Source: the human T2T-CHM13v2.0 reference genome, Homo sapiens. Taken from it: a stretch of DNA of 64,000 nt. The stretch lies in assembly GCF_009914755.1 (NCBI RefSeq), contig NC_060939.1; one strand, given 5' to 3'. Both the position numbers and the translations under genes were made by a program. Below the pieces are notes generated by a model that was not told the DNA's origin, made no database searches, and saw nothing but the letters and a program-made list of their open reading frames with translations. Below, one piece after another: positions 50,660-62,999 of this stretch (positions are counted from its first letter, which is position 1; every line of letters begins with the position of its first letter).

Positions 50660-51014
50660 TGTTCAAAGAGAAACTGTAGACAAATTAAATTTAAGAATTT
50701 AATTAAGCAAAGAATGATCTGCCAATTGAGCAGGTCCCCAGAACCAGAATAAGCTCAGAGAGACTCTGGGGTTCCCACATGATCCAATCATACTTATAGA
50801 AAGTGAGGTACAGAAAATGGAAGCGGGGTACAGAAACAGCTGGATTGGTTACAGCTTGGTACTTGTCTTATTTGAATACAGTTTGAACAGTTGCCCACCT
50901 ATGATTGGCTGAAACTGCGTGATTAGTACAAGAGTAAGTTAAAGTCTGTTTACACATCCAGTTAGGTGACAGTTTACTATATGTGTAAGGAGGCAGCTTT
51001 AACTTAATTTAACA
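50660..51014 (-). mobile_element. MER57-family ERV1 LTR
   Basis: Reverse complement begins TGTTAAATTAAGTT..AAAGCTGCCTCCTTAC; CCAAT boxes; polypurine tract adjacent. Confidence 0.78.
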
Positions 51015-51999
51015 GTTCACCCTTTTGGTGACCCTCTCAGTATAGACAAAACTGATCTGTTTTGGGATCGATCTGCTTCCATAATGTTTCACTTTAATTA
51101 CGTAGCATTTAGCATGAGTGACTCCATGTTGGTTTGGTCTGGTCTGTTGGGGCCTACTGCAGGAGCTCTGTCTAGAACACTGGTTTCCCATAATTTTGAC
51201 TAATAATTTCCCCCTTTCGCTCAAGTTCTCACCTAAGTGAGTGTAACCAAAATTTAGGGTTTAGCACTACTCCCAGTTGCCATCATTTTGGATTTCTAGT
51301 CACAGCACATCATTCATAGGTTACAGCGTCTTCATGATCACTCATTTCTTTGAGGTTTTTGTCATACCAACAAAAGGGAGATCATTTGACATTCTACAGA
51401 TGGCTATATGCAAGCATTTATAATTTTGGAGAAAATACAGTGCACCAGGGATACTACTCTTATGGTTATCAGAAGGATAATACCAAGAGTTGGGAGTATG
51501 CTCCCTGGCCAGGGTCCTCATGAACTAAGCCAACTAAAATCAAATAGATCTACGAATGAGCCTGATAAAGAATCTTGTTTTAACCAACCAGCCTGTTTGT
51601 TAATCCCGTGAAAGTGAGTCTTTATAAAACCTGATGTATTCATACAACAAGAAGTGTCAGGAACTGCACAGATCCTTCCCTGTTCAGTCAAAAATAATCT
51701 AGAGTAATTCAGTCATCTAGCACAACTTTAGCAAGAAAATTTTTAAAAGTTTGTTGTGCAACCATAGCCTTTGCAGTAAAATCTTCTATAAAGTCTACTA
51801 CAAGGAACACATTTCTAATCATTGTCTGATTTATATTTCCCGCATGCCACAGAAAAGAAGACCTAACAATGATGCCCATCCAGAAAGGTGAAGTCCTCCT
51901 GGCAATGTTCTCTTTAACCTATGATGTATGCTAAGAGTGGACCAAGGTTGTTTTTGACTGTTAGTGGAGCAACAAAGGTACCTTTAAAATTCCTAGTCC

Positions 52000-52315
52000 A
52001 GCTGGCCACGGTGGCTCATGCCTGTAATCCCAGCACCTGGGGAGGCCAAGGCATGAGGATCACTTGAGCCAAGTAGTTGAAGATCAACCTGGGCAACATA
52101 GTGAGACCTCACCTCTACAAAAAAATAAATAAATGAAAAAAATTTAAAAAAAATAGCCAGGTGTACTTATGCGTGCCTGTAGTCCCAGGTACTCAGGAGG
52201 CTGAGGTGGGAAGATTGCTTGAGCCTGGGAGGTCAAGGCTGCAGTAAGCTATGATTACATCACTCCACTCCAGCATGGATGACAGACTGAGACCCTGTCT
52301 CTAAAAAAAAAAAAA
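52000..52315 (+). mobile_element. AluJ in ERV internal region
   Basis: Alu with imperfect TSD aaaat.cctag.cca. Confidence 0.85.
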
Positions 52316-52355
52316 TCCCTAGCCACAGTGGCCCCTCATCTTCCATTTTTTAAGG

Positions 52356-52704
52356 CAGGCGTTCCCAATCCCCGGACCATGAACTTGTACCAGCTAGGGG
52401 CCTGTTAGAAACTGGGTCGCACAGCAGGAAGTGAGCAGTGGGTGAGCAGGCATTACTGCCTGAGCTCCGCCTCCTATCAGGTCAGTGGCAGCATTAGATT
52501 CTCACAGGAATGAGAACTGCACTGTGAACTGTGCATGCGAAGGATCTAGGTTGCACACTCCTTATGAGAACTGAATGCCCAATAATCTGGGGTGGAGCAG
52601 TTTCATTCCAAAACCATCACCACTACCACCCAACACCCCCAGTCCATGGAAAAATTGTCTTCCACAAAACCAGTCCCTGGTGCCAAAAAGGTTGGGGACC
52701 ACTG
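52356..52704 (+). mobile_element. MER1B (hAT-Charlie)
   Basis: cagg..ccc.a and ttggggaccactg termini. Confidence 0.85.
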
Positions 52705-52962
52705 CATTAAAGCATAAGGTTTCCCCTGTATAGGGTTAGCTGTAAAATCCTCCACACATAAAAGTATACCCTATGGGTACACCCAAAGCACCTTTTCCAG
52801 TTCTATTGTTCATAGAGGCATAAGCAAGAAGATGTAAGCGTCACAGGATGGCAGGTCCTTGATCCATGATCTTGAGAAACTTGTTCATGTCTAGGATTCT
52901 GTCTGCTTCCAGGGAGAAAATTCCCAGTTAACTTTACCTTAAGGTCTCCAATAGGTATACAG

Positions 52963-53803
52963 TAGCAGTCCCCAACCTTTTTGGCACCAGGGACTGGTTT
53001 TGTGGAAGACAATTTTTCCATGAACCTGGGGGTGGGGGATGATTTTGGGATAATTCAAGTGCATTACATTTATTGTGTACTTTATTTCTGTTATTATTAC
53101 ATTGTAATATATAATGAAATAATTACACAACTCACCATAACATAGAATCAGTGGGAGCCTTGAGCTTGTTTTCCTGCAACTAAACCAGGGGTCCCCAACC
53201 CCAGGCTGTGGACAGGTACAGTCTGTGGTCTGTTAGGAACCAGGCTGCACAGCAGGAGGTGAGCAGCAGACATGCAAGCTCAGATTAGTAACAGCATTAG
53301 ATTCTCATAGCAGAGCGAACCTTATTGTGAACTGCCCACGGGAGGGATCTAGGTTGTACGCTCCTTATGACAATCTAATGCCTGGTGATCTGAGGTGGAA
53401 CAGTTTCATCTCAAAACCATCTGCCCCTTCCTCTCCTCCCCATCCATGGAAAAATTGTCTTCCATGAAACGAGTCCCTGATGCCCAAAAGGTTGGGGACC
53501 ATTGAACTAGACAGTTCCATCTGGGGATGATGGGAGACAGTAACAGATCATCAGGCATTAGATTCTCATAAGGAGCGTGCAACCTAGATCCCTTGTGTGC
53601 ACAGTTCACAATAGGGTTCACGCTCCTATGAGAATCTAATGCTGCTGCTGATCTGACAGGAGGTGGAGCTCAAGTGGTAATGCCAGAGATGGGGAGCAGC
53701 TGTAAATACAGATGAAGCTTCACTTGCTTGCCCACTGCTCACCTCCTGCTGTACAGCCTGGTTCCTAACAGCCCATGGACAAGTACCTGTTAGGGGGACC
53801 CTG
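52963..53803 (-). mobile_element. MER1A (hAT-Charlie) containing nested MER1B (53186-53504, +)
   Basis: Outer 8-bp TSD gtatacag; inner TSD aactaaac/aactagac. Confidence 0.88.
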
Positions 53804-54556
53804 GTATACAGTCCTGAGTCTGAAAGGGCTGTTTAGAGTTATGAGACTATGGATACAAGGTTTGCGGTCCCAAAGTTTTGCTGCAGTGTGTGTGGCAAGG
53901 GCAGTCTTTCTCTTCACTTCCAGAAGACCCAATATCTCGGTTCTATATCATCAATGTTTTAATTATCCTGAGTCAATGGGTCATTAAAATTTCCTTTGCC
54001 TGACTAAAATACACTTTGGCATAATGCATTAAAGCCTTGCGGCAATTAGTCATATCAGAGTACAGGAATGGAAGAGATATAATGTTCTATTATTAGGAGG
54101 ATAGGCCTTCCAGTGACTGTTTCATAAGGGGTCAACTTATGTTTTCCTCTGGAAGTGGATCTGATTGCCATCAATCTTCAATACTTTGGATCAAGGCAAT
54201 CCAGTCGATTCATTTAGCTTTGCCTAATGCTATAATACTTTATTTAACTTTTCTACAACCTGTCCAGTGAAACAAGTACCTCCATCACTGGAGATTTCTT
54301 CAGAATTCCCCATGAGGGAAACACATTTTAAAATAACCTTTTAGCTACTGTTATAGCATTGGCCTTCTTGCATGGGAAAGCTTCTATACAATCAGAAAAT
54401 GTGCGTAGAATGGCAAGTGAATGAAATGCCCTCATAAATGTTCAAAAGGCTCATCATGTAGCAGAAATGTACCCCAAATTTTGATATTTTCCCTTAATTA
54501 TGAATTTGACAAACTAAACATTGATCATAAGCCATTTTAGCAGTTTAGAATAGTCA

Positions 54557-54557
<1 letters not shown>

Positions 54558-54595
<38 letters not shown>
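54558..54595 (+). repeat. (CA)n microsatellite
   Basis: Perfect dinucleotide run. Confidence 0.95.
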
Positions 54596-54597
<2 letters not shown>

Positions 54598-57178
54598 ATT
54601 TAAATCATTTTACCTCTTTCCTAATAAGTCATAGGGTATACAGCTTTTAATAATGGAAGCTATAAGGACTCAGGAAGGGCCAGGCAGCCATCCAGGCTCT
54701 CCATGAGTCCACACTTAACATTGGATTTTTATCATTCTTAAATAGCGATTTTGTTGCACAGCACTGTTTGTTAAATCTGTTATCATAGGTAATTTGCCTT
54801 GGGCCATGGAGTTCATTTAAGTTGAATTTCTTAACAATTTCAGTACTGGCTCATTTTGCATAACATTTGGCAAAATTTTTTCTTGATATTCAATCAATTC
54901 TTGTCCTGCTTGGTTTAGCAGTTTTATGAATCAGTCAGTCTCTTCATGAGAGTTCTAGGAATTCCTACCCAGTCCAAATTATATGATCCTAAAGTTATCA
55001 GAACCGTGTATTCAAGAGTGCTTCTCAGGGTCCTTTCCATCCTTTCCATGAGCCTCCTTGAAGGCACAATACTCTAGGATTTTAGTTGCTTATAAATAGC
55101 TTTCAGAAAATGCACCAGAATTAAGCAATTAACTGGAAGCAAGACTTAAAATGGTCACAGTTAAAGACACAATTGACAAGGAAATTTGGTTATTTCTGTG
55201 ACCTACAATAATTAAACATACTAACTATAACTATGACTGATAACATATACCAAGACATATCAGAATTTTAGGAGTCTCATACAATTTTAGAACATATATT
55301 AATAACATATCCTTAAAAATATAACATGAGAAGGTTAAACATCATTTCTTATTTGGCAGTAGTCAAACTTCAGAAGCTTAAATAATGCAGGAACAATTTC
55401 TTAGCATTACTAGTGTTCCTACAGTCATGATACTGCACATTGCAATTTTAAATATTAAAGTCCACTATTAACCAAAGTCAGATGAGGAACAAGATTATTT
55501 TTGGCTAGCTCTGCTAGTATAGGATACTTCTGATAGTGATGTCATCATCTGTTATTAAGCTTCCCTTCCTTTCTAATAGAAACTAAGTTTTATCCGCTTT
55601 TCTGCTGCTGGACTTGAAGATTTGGTCAATGGACATGATTCCATTTCATTGAAGCCCCCTAGAAACTGAAGTTTGTGCTGTGCTTGAAGAAGATGCTTTG
55701 TGGATATTTTCAGATGCACACCTAAGATTGTTATTCTCATTTAAAATTTTAATTTCTAATATGCGTTTATTTCTGCATGCCTTTTATTATTAATTACATT
55801 GTATGAATATTAGTGGTTCAAAAGGATGTAATTTTCTTTCTAAATTTATGTAGCCCATCTTTTGTATAATTGTATTAATTTTCAATTATTTTCTTACCTA
55901 ACTACTTGAAAGTTCTACATTTTTGCATAAAATTAACAATTTTCACAATTACCTTTATTACTGAAGTTTATATTAAACAATTAATAGAATTTCAACAGAG
56001 GAAATACATCCAAAATGCTTACCTATATTTGAAAGTGCATATCCATATATTAACACTAACTCTGACTAACATACTTTGCTCTTATAATTTACATAGTTAT
56101 GCTGATTAGATATAATGGTTACCCAGTAAGATCACATGATGGGGAGGCCATACCCAGTTTAGACTTGCCAGAAGGTGAAATAGAAATTTGACAATATGAC
56201 CTTCCAAAGGCCAATGCTAAAGGTGAAATTGAAAAGCAAATTTTGGCCAATGCTGAGGCCAGGGCACAGCTGAACTGGAGTATGTATCTCTCATTATTTG
56301 CAGGAAAGTAACATGATCTAATGGCAAGAGGGTGGTTAGGGTGACAGAACAGACCATGGAATCAAACCTGAGTAAAGATAGTATGAATCAAAATTACTAG
56401 AGATAATATCTTTATGTTTTCAGCATATAAGATGAATCCACCAAAATTCCTAAAAACTAGTGGCAAATTCATAAGAAAAAAGATTCCATTGATAATATAA
56501 GTGTTATGATGGAAAGAGCACTACTAGACTAAGACTTGATAACTTGGGTTTAAATTTTATCTATACCCATTTCAGGCCATGTGCCCTCAAAAGTCGCTTA
56601 AGCTTCCCTGGGCCTCAGTTTCCTCATCTGCACAATGCATGGGATTGTTGAGGGGTTCGAGTTGAGGTAACGAATGCAAGAACACATTGCAAGCCCTAGA
56701 GGAGTGGTTCTCAATCTGTGGCACTCTTAAAGCTAGAATATTCAGTCCCCTCTTAGACCGATTAAGTCAGAATCTCTGGAGCAGATAATCTCCCAATCAG
56801 CCATAGTCAGCCATAAAATTTTAAGTCAGATCATGTCACTCCTCTCTTCCAAGGAGCTCCAGTGGAGCTTCCCATCTCAGAGTAAAAGCCCAAGTCCTTA
56901 GAGGGGCCATTGAAGTCCCTATGATCAAGCCCCTACCATGCCTCTGGCCTTAATTCCTATTCCTCACTCACTTGCTATTCACTTGCTCACTCCTTGCTGT
57001 TCCCTTGTCATTCTAAGCACACTCTCATCTTGAGATCCCTTGGCCTTGCTGCTTCCACTGGCAGGAACTCCCTACCCCCAGTTAACCCACATGGCTCAAG
57101 CCCTCACTTCAGGCCTTTTCTTAAATGTGACCTTGGAGTGAGGCCTTTTCTGACCACCTTCTTTAAAGCAGGATGCAA

Positions 57179-57400
57179 TACAGAGCGATCTAATGGACTA
57201 TGGAGACTCAGAAGGAGGAAGGTAGAAGAGGGGGTGAGGGATTTAAAAAACTACATATTGGGTATAATGTACACTACTTGGGTGATGCGTGCACTAAAAT
57301 CTCAGGCTTCACCACTGTATAATTCATCCACGTAACCAAAAACCACTTGTACCCCTCAAAGCTATTGAAATTTTTAAAAAAGAAAAAAAGAAAAAAAAAA
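57179..57400 (+). mobile_element. Short L1 3'-end insertion inside an L2
   Basis: L1 3'UTR plus A tail; imperfect TSD aagcaggatgcaa / aaacagcatgcaa. Confidence 0.75.
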
Positions 57401-58334
57401 CAGCATGCAAACACACACACTGCCTCTCCTTTCCAGCTTTTTCTCCGTAGCACTTATCATCATCTAAAATGCTGTATGTCTGTTTTGTTTATTGACTGTC
57501 ATTTTTATCTCAAATATAAGCTCCATGAAGGCAGGGATTTTGTTTGTTGTGCCCACTGCTCGATGTTTCCAGTGCTTGGAACACTGCCTAGCACATAGCA
57601 AGCCCTCAGAGCACATTTATTATTGCTATTCCAAATGGAAGCTCTGAGCATGCACCTTATTCAATCTACAAACTTCATTGATGGCTCACTGCCTATCCCA
57701 AATGTATTCTGTGCTTTCCCACCTCCCTGACTTTGTTCACACATTTTTTTTCTACTTAGTGTGTCTTTTTTGTATTGAAAATCATTTCCTCCATTTCCTG
57801 GATGAAACAGATCCTCCTCAAAATTCCTCTAGCTTGTTGTGCCATATCCTGCCTGAAATTATTTGTGTACTGTGTATAATTATTTATGTAATTATTTCCT
57901 TTCTAAGAGCATAAACTCCTTGAGAAATTACTCAACAGTGTTTTTTGAATGAACAAATGAGCTTGCCTTTAGAGCTGAGTCAGATGTTTACCAGAAAAAG
58001 GAAGACAGGTAATTAAATGGTGGATTTAAACGGAAAACTCCCTAGCTCCTTTGAGAATATTAGACGCAGGTAAGTAAAATGAAAACAGAAGACGATAACA
58101 TCAAAAAATGATTTTTGGATGGTAAGATCAACTACATAATTAGCTGTCTTGTAAACAATCTAGTTTAGGTAAGAGTGAGTTGAAAAAGAATGAATAAATG
58201 CATAAATGGACTTGGAGAACTAGATAAAAATTGGACATGACATTCATTTTTATGGCAGTGAGGTCTTCAGACCATTCCAACTAAAAACAGGAAATAACTT
58301 CCCAGATTTATTATGATGTCCTTAAGATGGTTTT

Positions 58335-58643
58335 CTTTTTTATTTTTGAGACAATGTCTCATTCTGTCACCCAGGCTGGAGTGCAGTGGCACAATCTTAG
58401 CTCAAGACTGTGAGCCAAGATTGGCTCACTGCAACCTCCTAGGCCCGATGGATTCTCCTGCCTCAGCTTCCCAGTAGCTGGAACTACAGGCTCATGCCAC
58501 CACACTGGGCTAAATTTTGTATTTTGGTAAAGACAGGGTTTTGTAATGTTGCCCAGGCGGTCTCAAACTCCTGAGCTCAAGTGATCCACCAGCCTCGGCC
58601 CCTCAAAGTGCTGGGATTAGAGGTATGAGCCACTGTGTCTGGC
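58335..58643 (-). mobile_element. AluJ
   Basis: Reverse Alu. Confidence 0.85.
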
Positions 58644-58802
58644 CTATCATATTATTTTCATGAACTATTCCAAATCTCAATCTTTCTCTAGAGGATGCTG
58701 TCTTATGATAGTGAAAGCTATGAATCTTTGATAGTCCCCCTTCATTTAGAAGTACTATACAACCTGAAATTGAAAAATATCCTTCAAAACTCAATGTTTT
58801 CT

Positions 58803-58945
58803 GGCCAGGCATGGTGGCTCATGCCTGTAATCCCAGCACTTTGGGTGGCCTAGGCTGGCAGATCACTTGAGGCCAGGAACTCTAGACCAGCCTGGCCAAC
58901 ATGGTGAAACCCTGTCTCTATTTTTAATATTTAAAAAAAAAAAAA
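58803..58945 (+). mobile_element. Alu left monomer (FLAM-like)
   Basis: Single arm plus A tail. Confidence 0.8.
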
Positions 58946-59493
58946 ACGCAATTTTTTTTTACTCTGTCTTTAGAAATCTTTGCAAACAAGCTATCTAGAT
59001 TTTTCATGTCAGTGACTCATATCCACAGCTCCCCAAACCTAACATTCTTTCTGGAATGTCCTTTTTGAACCAGTAGGCGCTTTCTTCATCAGCAGGCCCT
59101 GATTCTTAGAATCAAAATGTACGAAGCTCAACCTGTAAATGTGTAATTCTTGTTAACCTTGATGTGCCATCAAGTTTCCTTAAGGCTTCCAATGATAAGC
59201 AAGATATCGCCAGTCTCAGAAGGAAAATAACAGGTGCTAAATAACTAAAACTAGCAGAGATACCATCTCTGAAAACATTCCTGCTTCAAAGAATACCGTG
59301 ACAGGAAGCATACATTATAGATGACAGAATTTGTTTTTTTTTTCTTAAAGAAAGAGTTTTAAATGTTTTTGCAAAAATAACATCAGAGCAAAAATAGTAC
59401 AATAAAAAGAAAGAGAATCCACCAACTTAGCTTTTTAACATAAGAAAAATATTTCTTAGTTTCTGTTCATCTATGTGCATGTGACATGATTTT

Positions 59494-61627
59494 TAATCTG
59501 TGTGACCTGGAGGTTCTCAGGCCTATTGTGCAATGGAGTGTCTGCCCATTCTCTAGAAATAGGGTAGGAAGAAGTCACTGGCCCCTGCTCTGGGGCCTGT
59601 ATAAATGAGGTGTGGAAGCTTAGGAAGAGCCTAAAATAGTTAAGAGGAATGTGAGACATGAGGCCCAGAACTAACCTGAAGGTATGTATCACTTGGCTTG
59701 ATGCATGATGTGGGAGCTCCAGAGATCCATCACTGACTCTAAAACAGAACAGGGTATATCCATGAGAATATCATTTCCATCCATTTAAAGGATAGCTGGA
59801 ATCTTCATGTTGACAATTATATCAACTCAATCCTCCCTTGCCAAACTATCTAGGCCCTGTGTTATCTGGGTCCTGCGGGTAGACGGTAGTATAAGATAAA
59901 CATTGAGGGAAATAAGAAATTATTTATAATAATATAAAACCCTAAAATTGTCTTGGAGATAGAGAGAAGGGCACCAATACTATACTGTGGGGTTTTAATC
60001 TCAAAAGACCCGTCAATACCAAAGTCAATCAGAAACTATACCTACTTATAAAACCCCAGCCTCTTCTCCAGTCCATCCTTAATCAGAGTTGGCAGAACTC
60101 TTAAGGAAGACAACTGTTGGAATCCTGGTCTCGTTGCTTCTGGCTGACCTGCCCTGCTTCTTCACATTGACTTGTAACAGGCAGGCCATTCACTCGCCAG
60201 CTGACCATGGGGTCTCCAGATTTTCAGCTGTGCCAAACTCTAACAGGTTATAATTCACAGTCTTTGAACTGGTCAAGGTCTCTAAAAGAAATAATAGGAA
60301 CTACAGCCCCTGGCCATCAAGAACAATGAATGATAAGAAGCTGTTCACAATGACCTCTTACCAAGTAGTAATAATAGCTTACACTGATTGTTCCAGAAAC
60401 AGTGCTGAGCCCTTTACAGAAAACATTTCATTCAACCTTCACAAGCACCCTTGAGGGAAAAGCTACTGCCTTTTTTTCTCCAGAAGGAGAAACTAAGACA
60501 TATATGTTATATACATGATATAATTACCATGTATATATGGTAATTAGCTTACACAAAATTCCTGTATAGATAGAAGTGGCAGAGCTGGAATTTGAATACA
60601 GCAAGCAAAAGAACTTGTATATAAGGAAACAACTCCTTCCTGTTGGTGAGACTAATACAGGAGACACTCATGGTGAGCTTGGAGCTCACAGGCTATTAGG
60701 TCCTGGGCAAGGCCTCCTAAATGGTGCATCTCATCACATGTGCCCTGAGTTATGCTGTTTGCTCCTCACGCCAGCACGAAATGCTCTGGCGTAGAAAATT
60801 ACCACAAACCTAATGAAGGTGAAATGGGAAAATTTCCCTTGTCCCCCTTGCAGGGCATGTGATGGGGGTGTGGCCCACTTCTTCAGTGTCCCCCTGCTCA
60901 AATCTTTAGGGGAGCATACAGCCTGCCAGGCTGTGGGTCTACAACCCCACGGCAGTGTATAGGGGTGAATATTTACAGCCGAAGCCCCAGTGGGTGTGTG
61001 TTACCATGTGCTCTTTTAGTTTAGCTGTCCATAGGCAGCTTGTGTTAGTCAGCTAAATGAGACCCCTGCCTTATGGCAAGAACAGAGGGCTTTCTGTATC
61101 CCAGCGTTCTTGCTTTGGTGTACCGGAAGAATTGGATCATGTGTGGGCTTGGAGAATTAGTGCAAGGTTTTATTGAGTAGAAGTAGCTCTCAGCAAATGG
61201 GAGAGCCAAAAGCGAGATGGTTTTCCCCTGGATTTGGGCCACTCGGCAGCCCCGGCTCTCCTCGGACTGCCCCAGCCAAACTCCTCCCCGTTCTGCCAGT
61301 CCATAGCCTGCCCACGTGCCGTCTGTCATGTGCTCTTCCACCAGCATGCTCCCCTCCACGTCCTCTCGCAGTCCAGCTGCTTGTGTCTTCTTCAAACAAC
61401 GTGTTCCTCTCGACGTCCAGCGGCTTGTGTGCCTGCCTGCTATGGTCTTGTCCTGGGCCTCATCTTTCACATTCCTCTTGACTATTTTAGGGCTCTTCCT
61501 AAGCTTCCCACCTCATTTTTACAGGCCCCAGAGCAGGGGAGAGTGACTTCTTCCTACTCCATTTCTAGAGAATGGGCAGACACTCCATCACACAATAAGC
61601 CTGAGAACCTCCAGGTCACACAGATTA
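59494..61627. repeat. Inverted repeat, 178-bp arms (59494-59671 / 61450-61627)
   Basis: Manual alignment shows about 14 differences (~92% identity); the ORF track gives near-identical peptides on opposite strands. Confidence 0.95.
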
Positions 61628-61802
61628 TAGGCACAGGATGGGGGCATGGTGGGCCAGCGTGGTCTTGGGAAATGCAACATTTGGGCACGAAGGCAGGCGT
61701 GCCTGTCCTCACCAAGGTTTGTGACCACCGGCAGGTAGGCAGAGCCCTAGCCGGGGACCTGCCCTTCCCTTCCCAGCACTTCCCCACCCCCCTTCCATAT
61801 CA
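60820..61802 (-). mobile_element. LTR9-family (ERV1) solo LTR with an internal foreign insertion
   Basis: TG...CA termini, TSD aagg/aagt, recalled LTR9 sequence on both sides of 61450-61627. Confidence 0.78.
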
Positions 61803-62999
61803 AAGTGATCCGTCTGGGACAGAAAAGGGAACTAAGCCTCCAGGGGAAAGGTCCTTGTGGCAAGTTCGCAACCCGATTACAGTATGAGGAAATGATTTGG
61901 ATGTCCCAATCAGCTGGGATTAGAGAAGAGCAGCCGCTGCTTCAGCAAAGCTGCTTCACAGGTACAGATGTCCCTATGTCTGTTCATATATTTTCCCAGG
62001 GCCCAAGAAAATCTAGTGTCTCCTTTGCAGGCAATAAATGTGTCCATTGCAAATGATGGTAAGACAGGGTGTTTGTCAGGAGGAAAGCACAGGGACAAGG
62101 AATATGCAGAGGAAATAAAGAAAGGAGAGGAGAAATAAGAGCGACAAGGGAGAGGAAACAAAAGAGAGACCACACAGGGCAGAGCCCTGTGTGTGAAGCT
62201 TTTCGTTTCTCAACATACCCGTTACCAGCCAAAGCCTGACTGCAGCGCCAGCACCAGGGAGGTGTTCAGATAGAATCACTCACATGCTGACCCTTCTCTG
62301 CTGCTCTGTCCCGGCCCATCAAGTTTCTCCTTCTTTCTCTCCTGCTCTTCCTTCCCCATTTTGCCACTCTCTTTCCCTTTTCCATCTCCCAATCATTTAC
62401 TTTTTTCTTCTCTATTTTCTCACTCTGTAAATGCTCAACTCAGAAACAGGCAGTACTGAAAGAGCTGTTAGCCCTGGCTGTGGTGTGTGGCTCATTACTA
62501 TGTTGTTGTACTAGGAAATGGACTGAGTGAAATAAAGCAAGTCCGAAGAATTCAGCCCCCTTATTCTCATTGAGGTCAGGTCCTAGGTCAGAATTTGAAA
62601 ACATCCTAACACTTTCAATTGTATAACTCAGTCCTGAAGTCCTTGCCTACTCCACCCAGTTCTCTGTGACAGCCTTTGATCTTTATCACATGTAACATTT
62701 TGCAGTCCCACCGCTGCAGGGGAAAGATGTTTGCATGCAATGGGAACCTGTGATTCAGTGCTGTTACACTGATTTCTTCTGAGATCTTTGCTGGTGTTTG
62801 GGCACTTTCATGTTCTTGAAATTGTATATATTGATGTGATTAGTTTGGACTCAGTTTCAACATCATTAAGAAAATCTCTTTACTGCCGGAGGAAAGTATG
62901 TTTTGAGGGAGTATATTCAGAGGGAAAAGATGCAATGCCTTTATATATAAAGTTGCACAACATTAGGTGGTGAAAATTCACTTTCTAGCACTATTAGGA

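Larger units (their letters stand above)
51015..55360 (-). mobile_element. ERV1 internal region (MER57-int-like), interrupted by Alu, MER1 elements and (CA)n
   Basis: Contiguous with the LTR via the polypurine tract; MER4-group-like internal sequence; distal end approximate. Confidence 0.6.

Noticed and set aside
55370-55725. Coding-looking minus-strand stretch (CASENIHKASSSS.., SSSPAAEKRIKL) after an AG
   Set aside because: Broken by stops and frameshift, and no parent protein recognised; cannot support a pseudo-exon without a translated search
61234-61887. 217-aa plus-strand ORF
   Set aside because: Antisense chimera of LTR9 and the inverted insertion; not a credible gene
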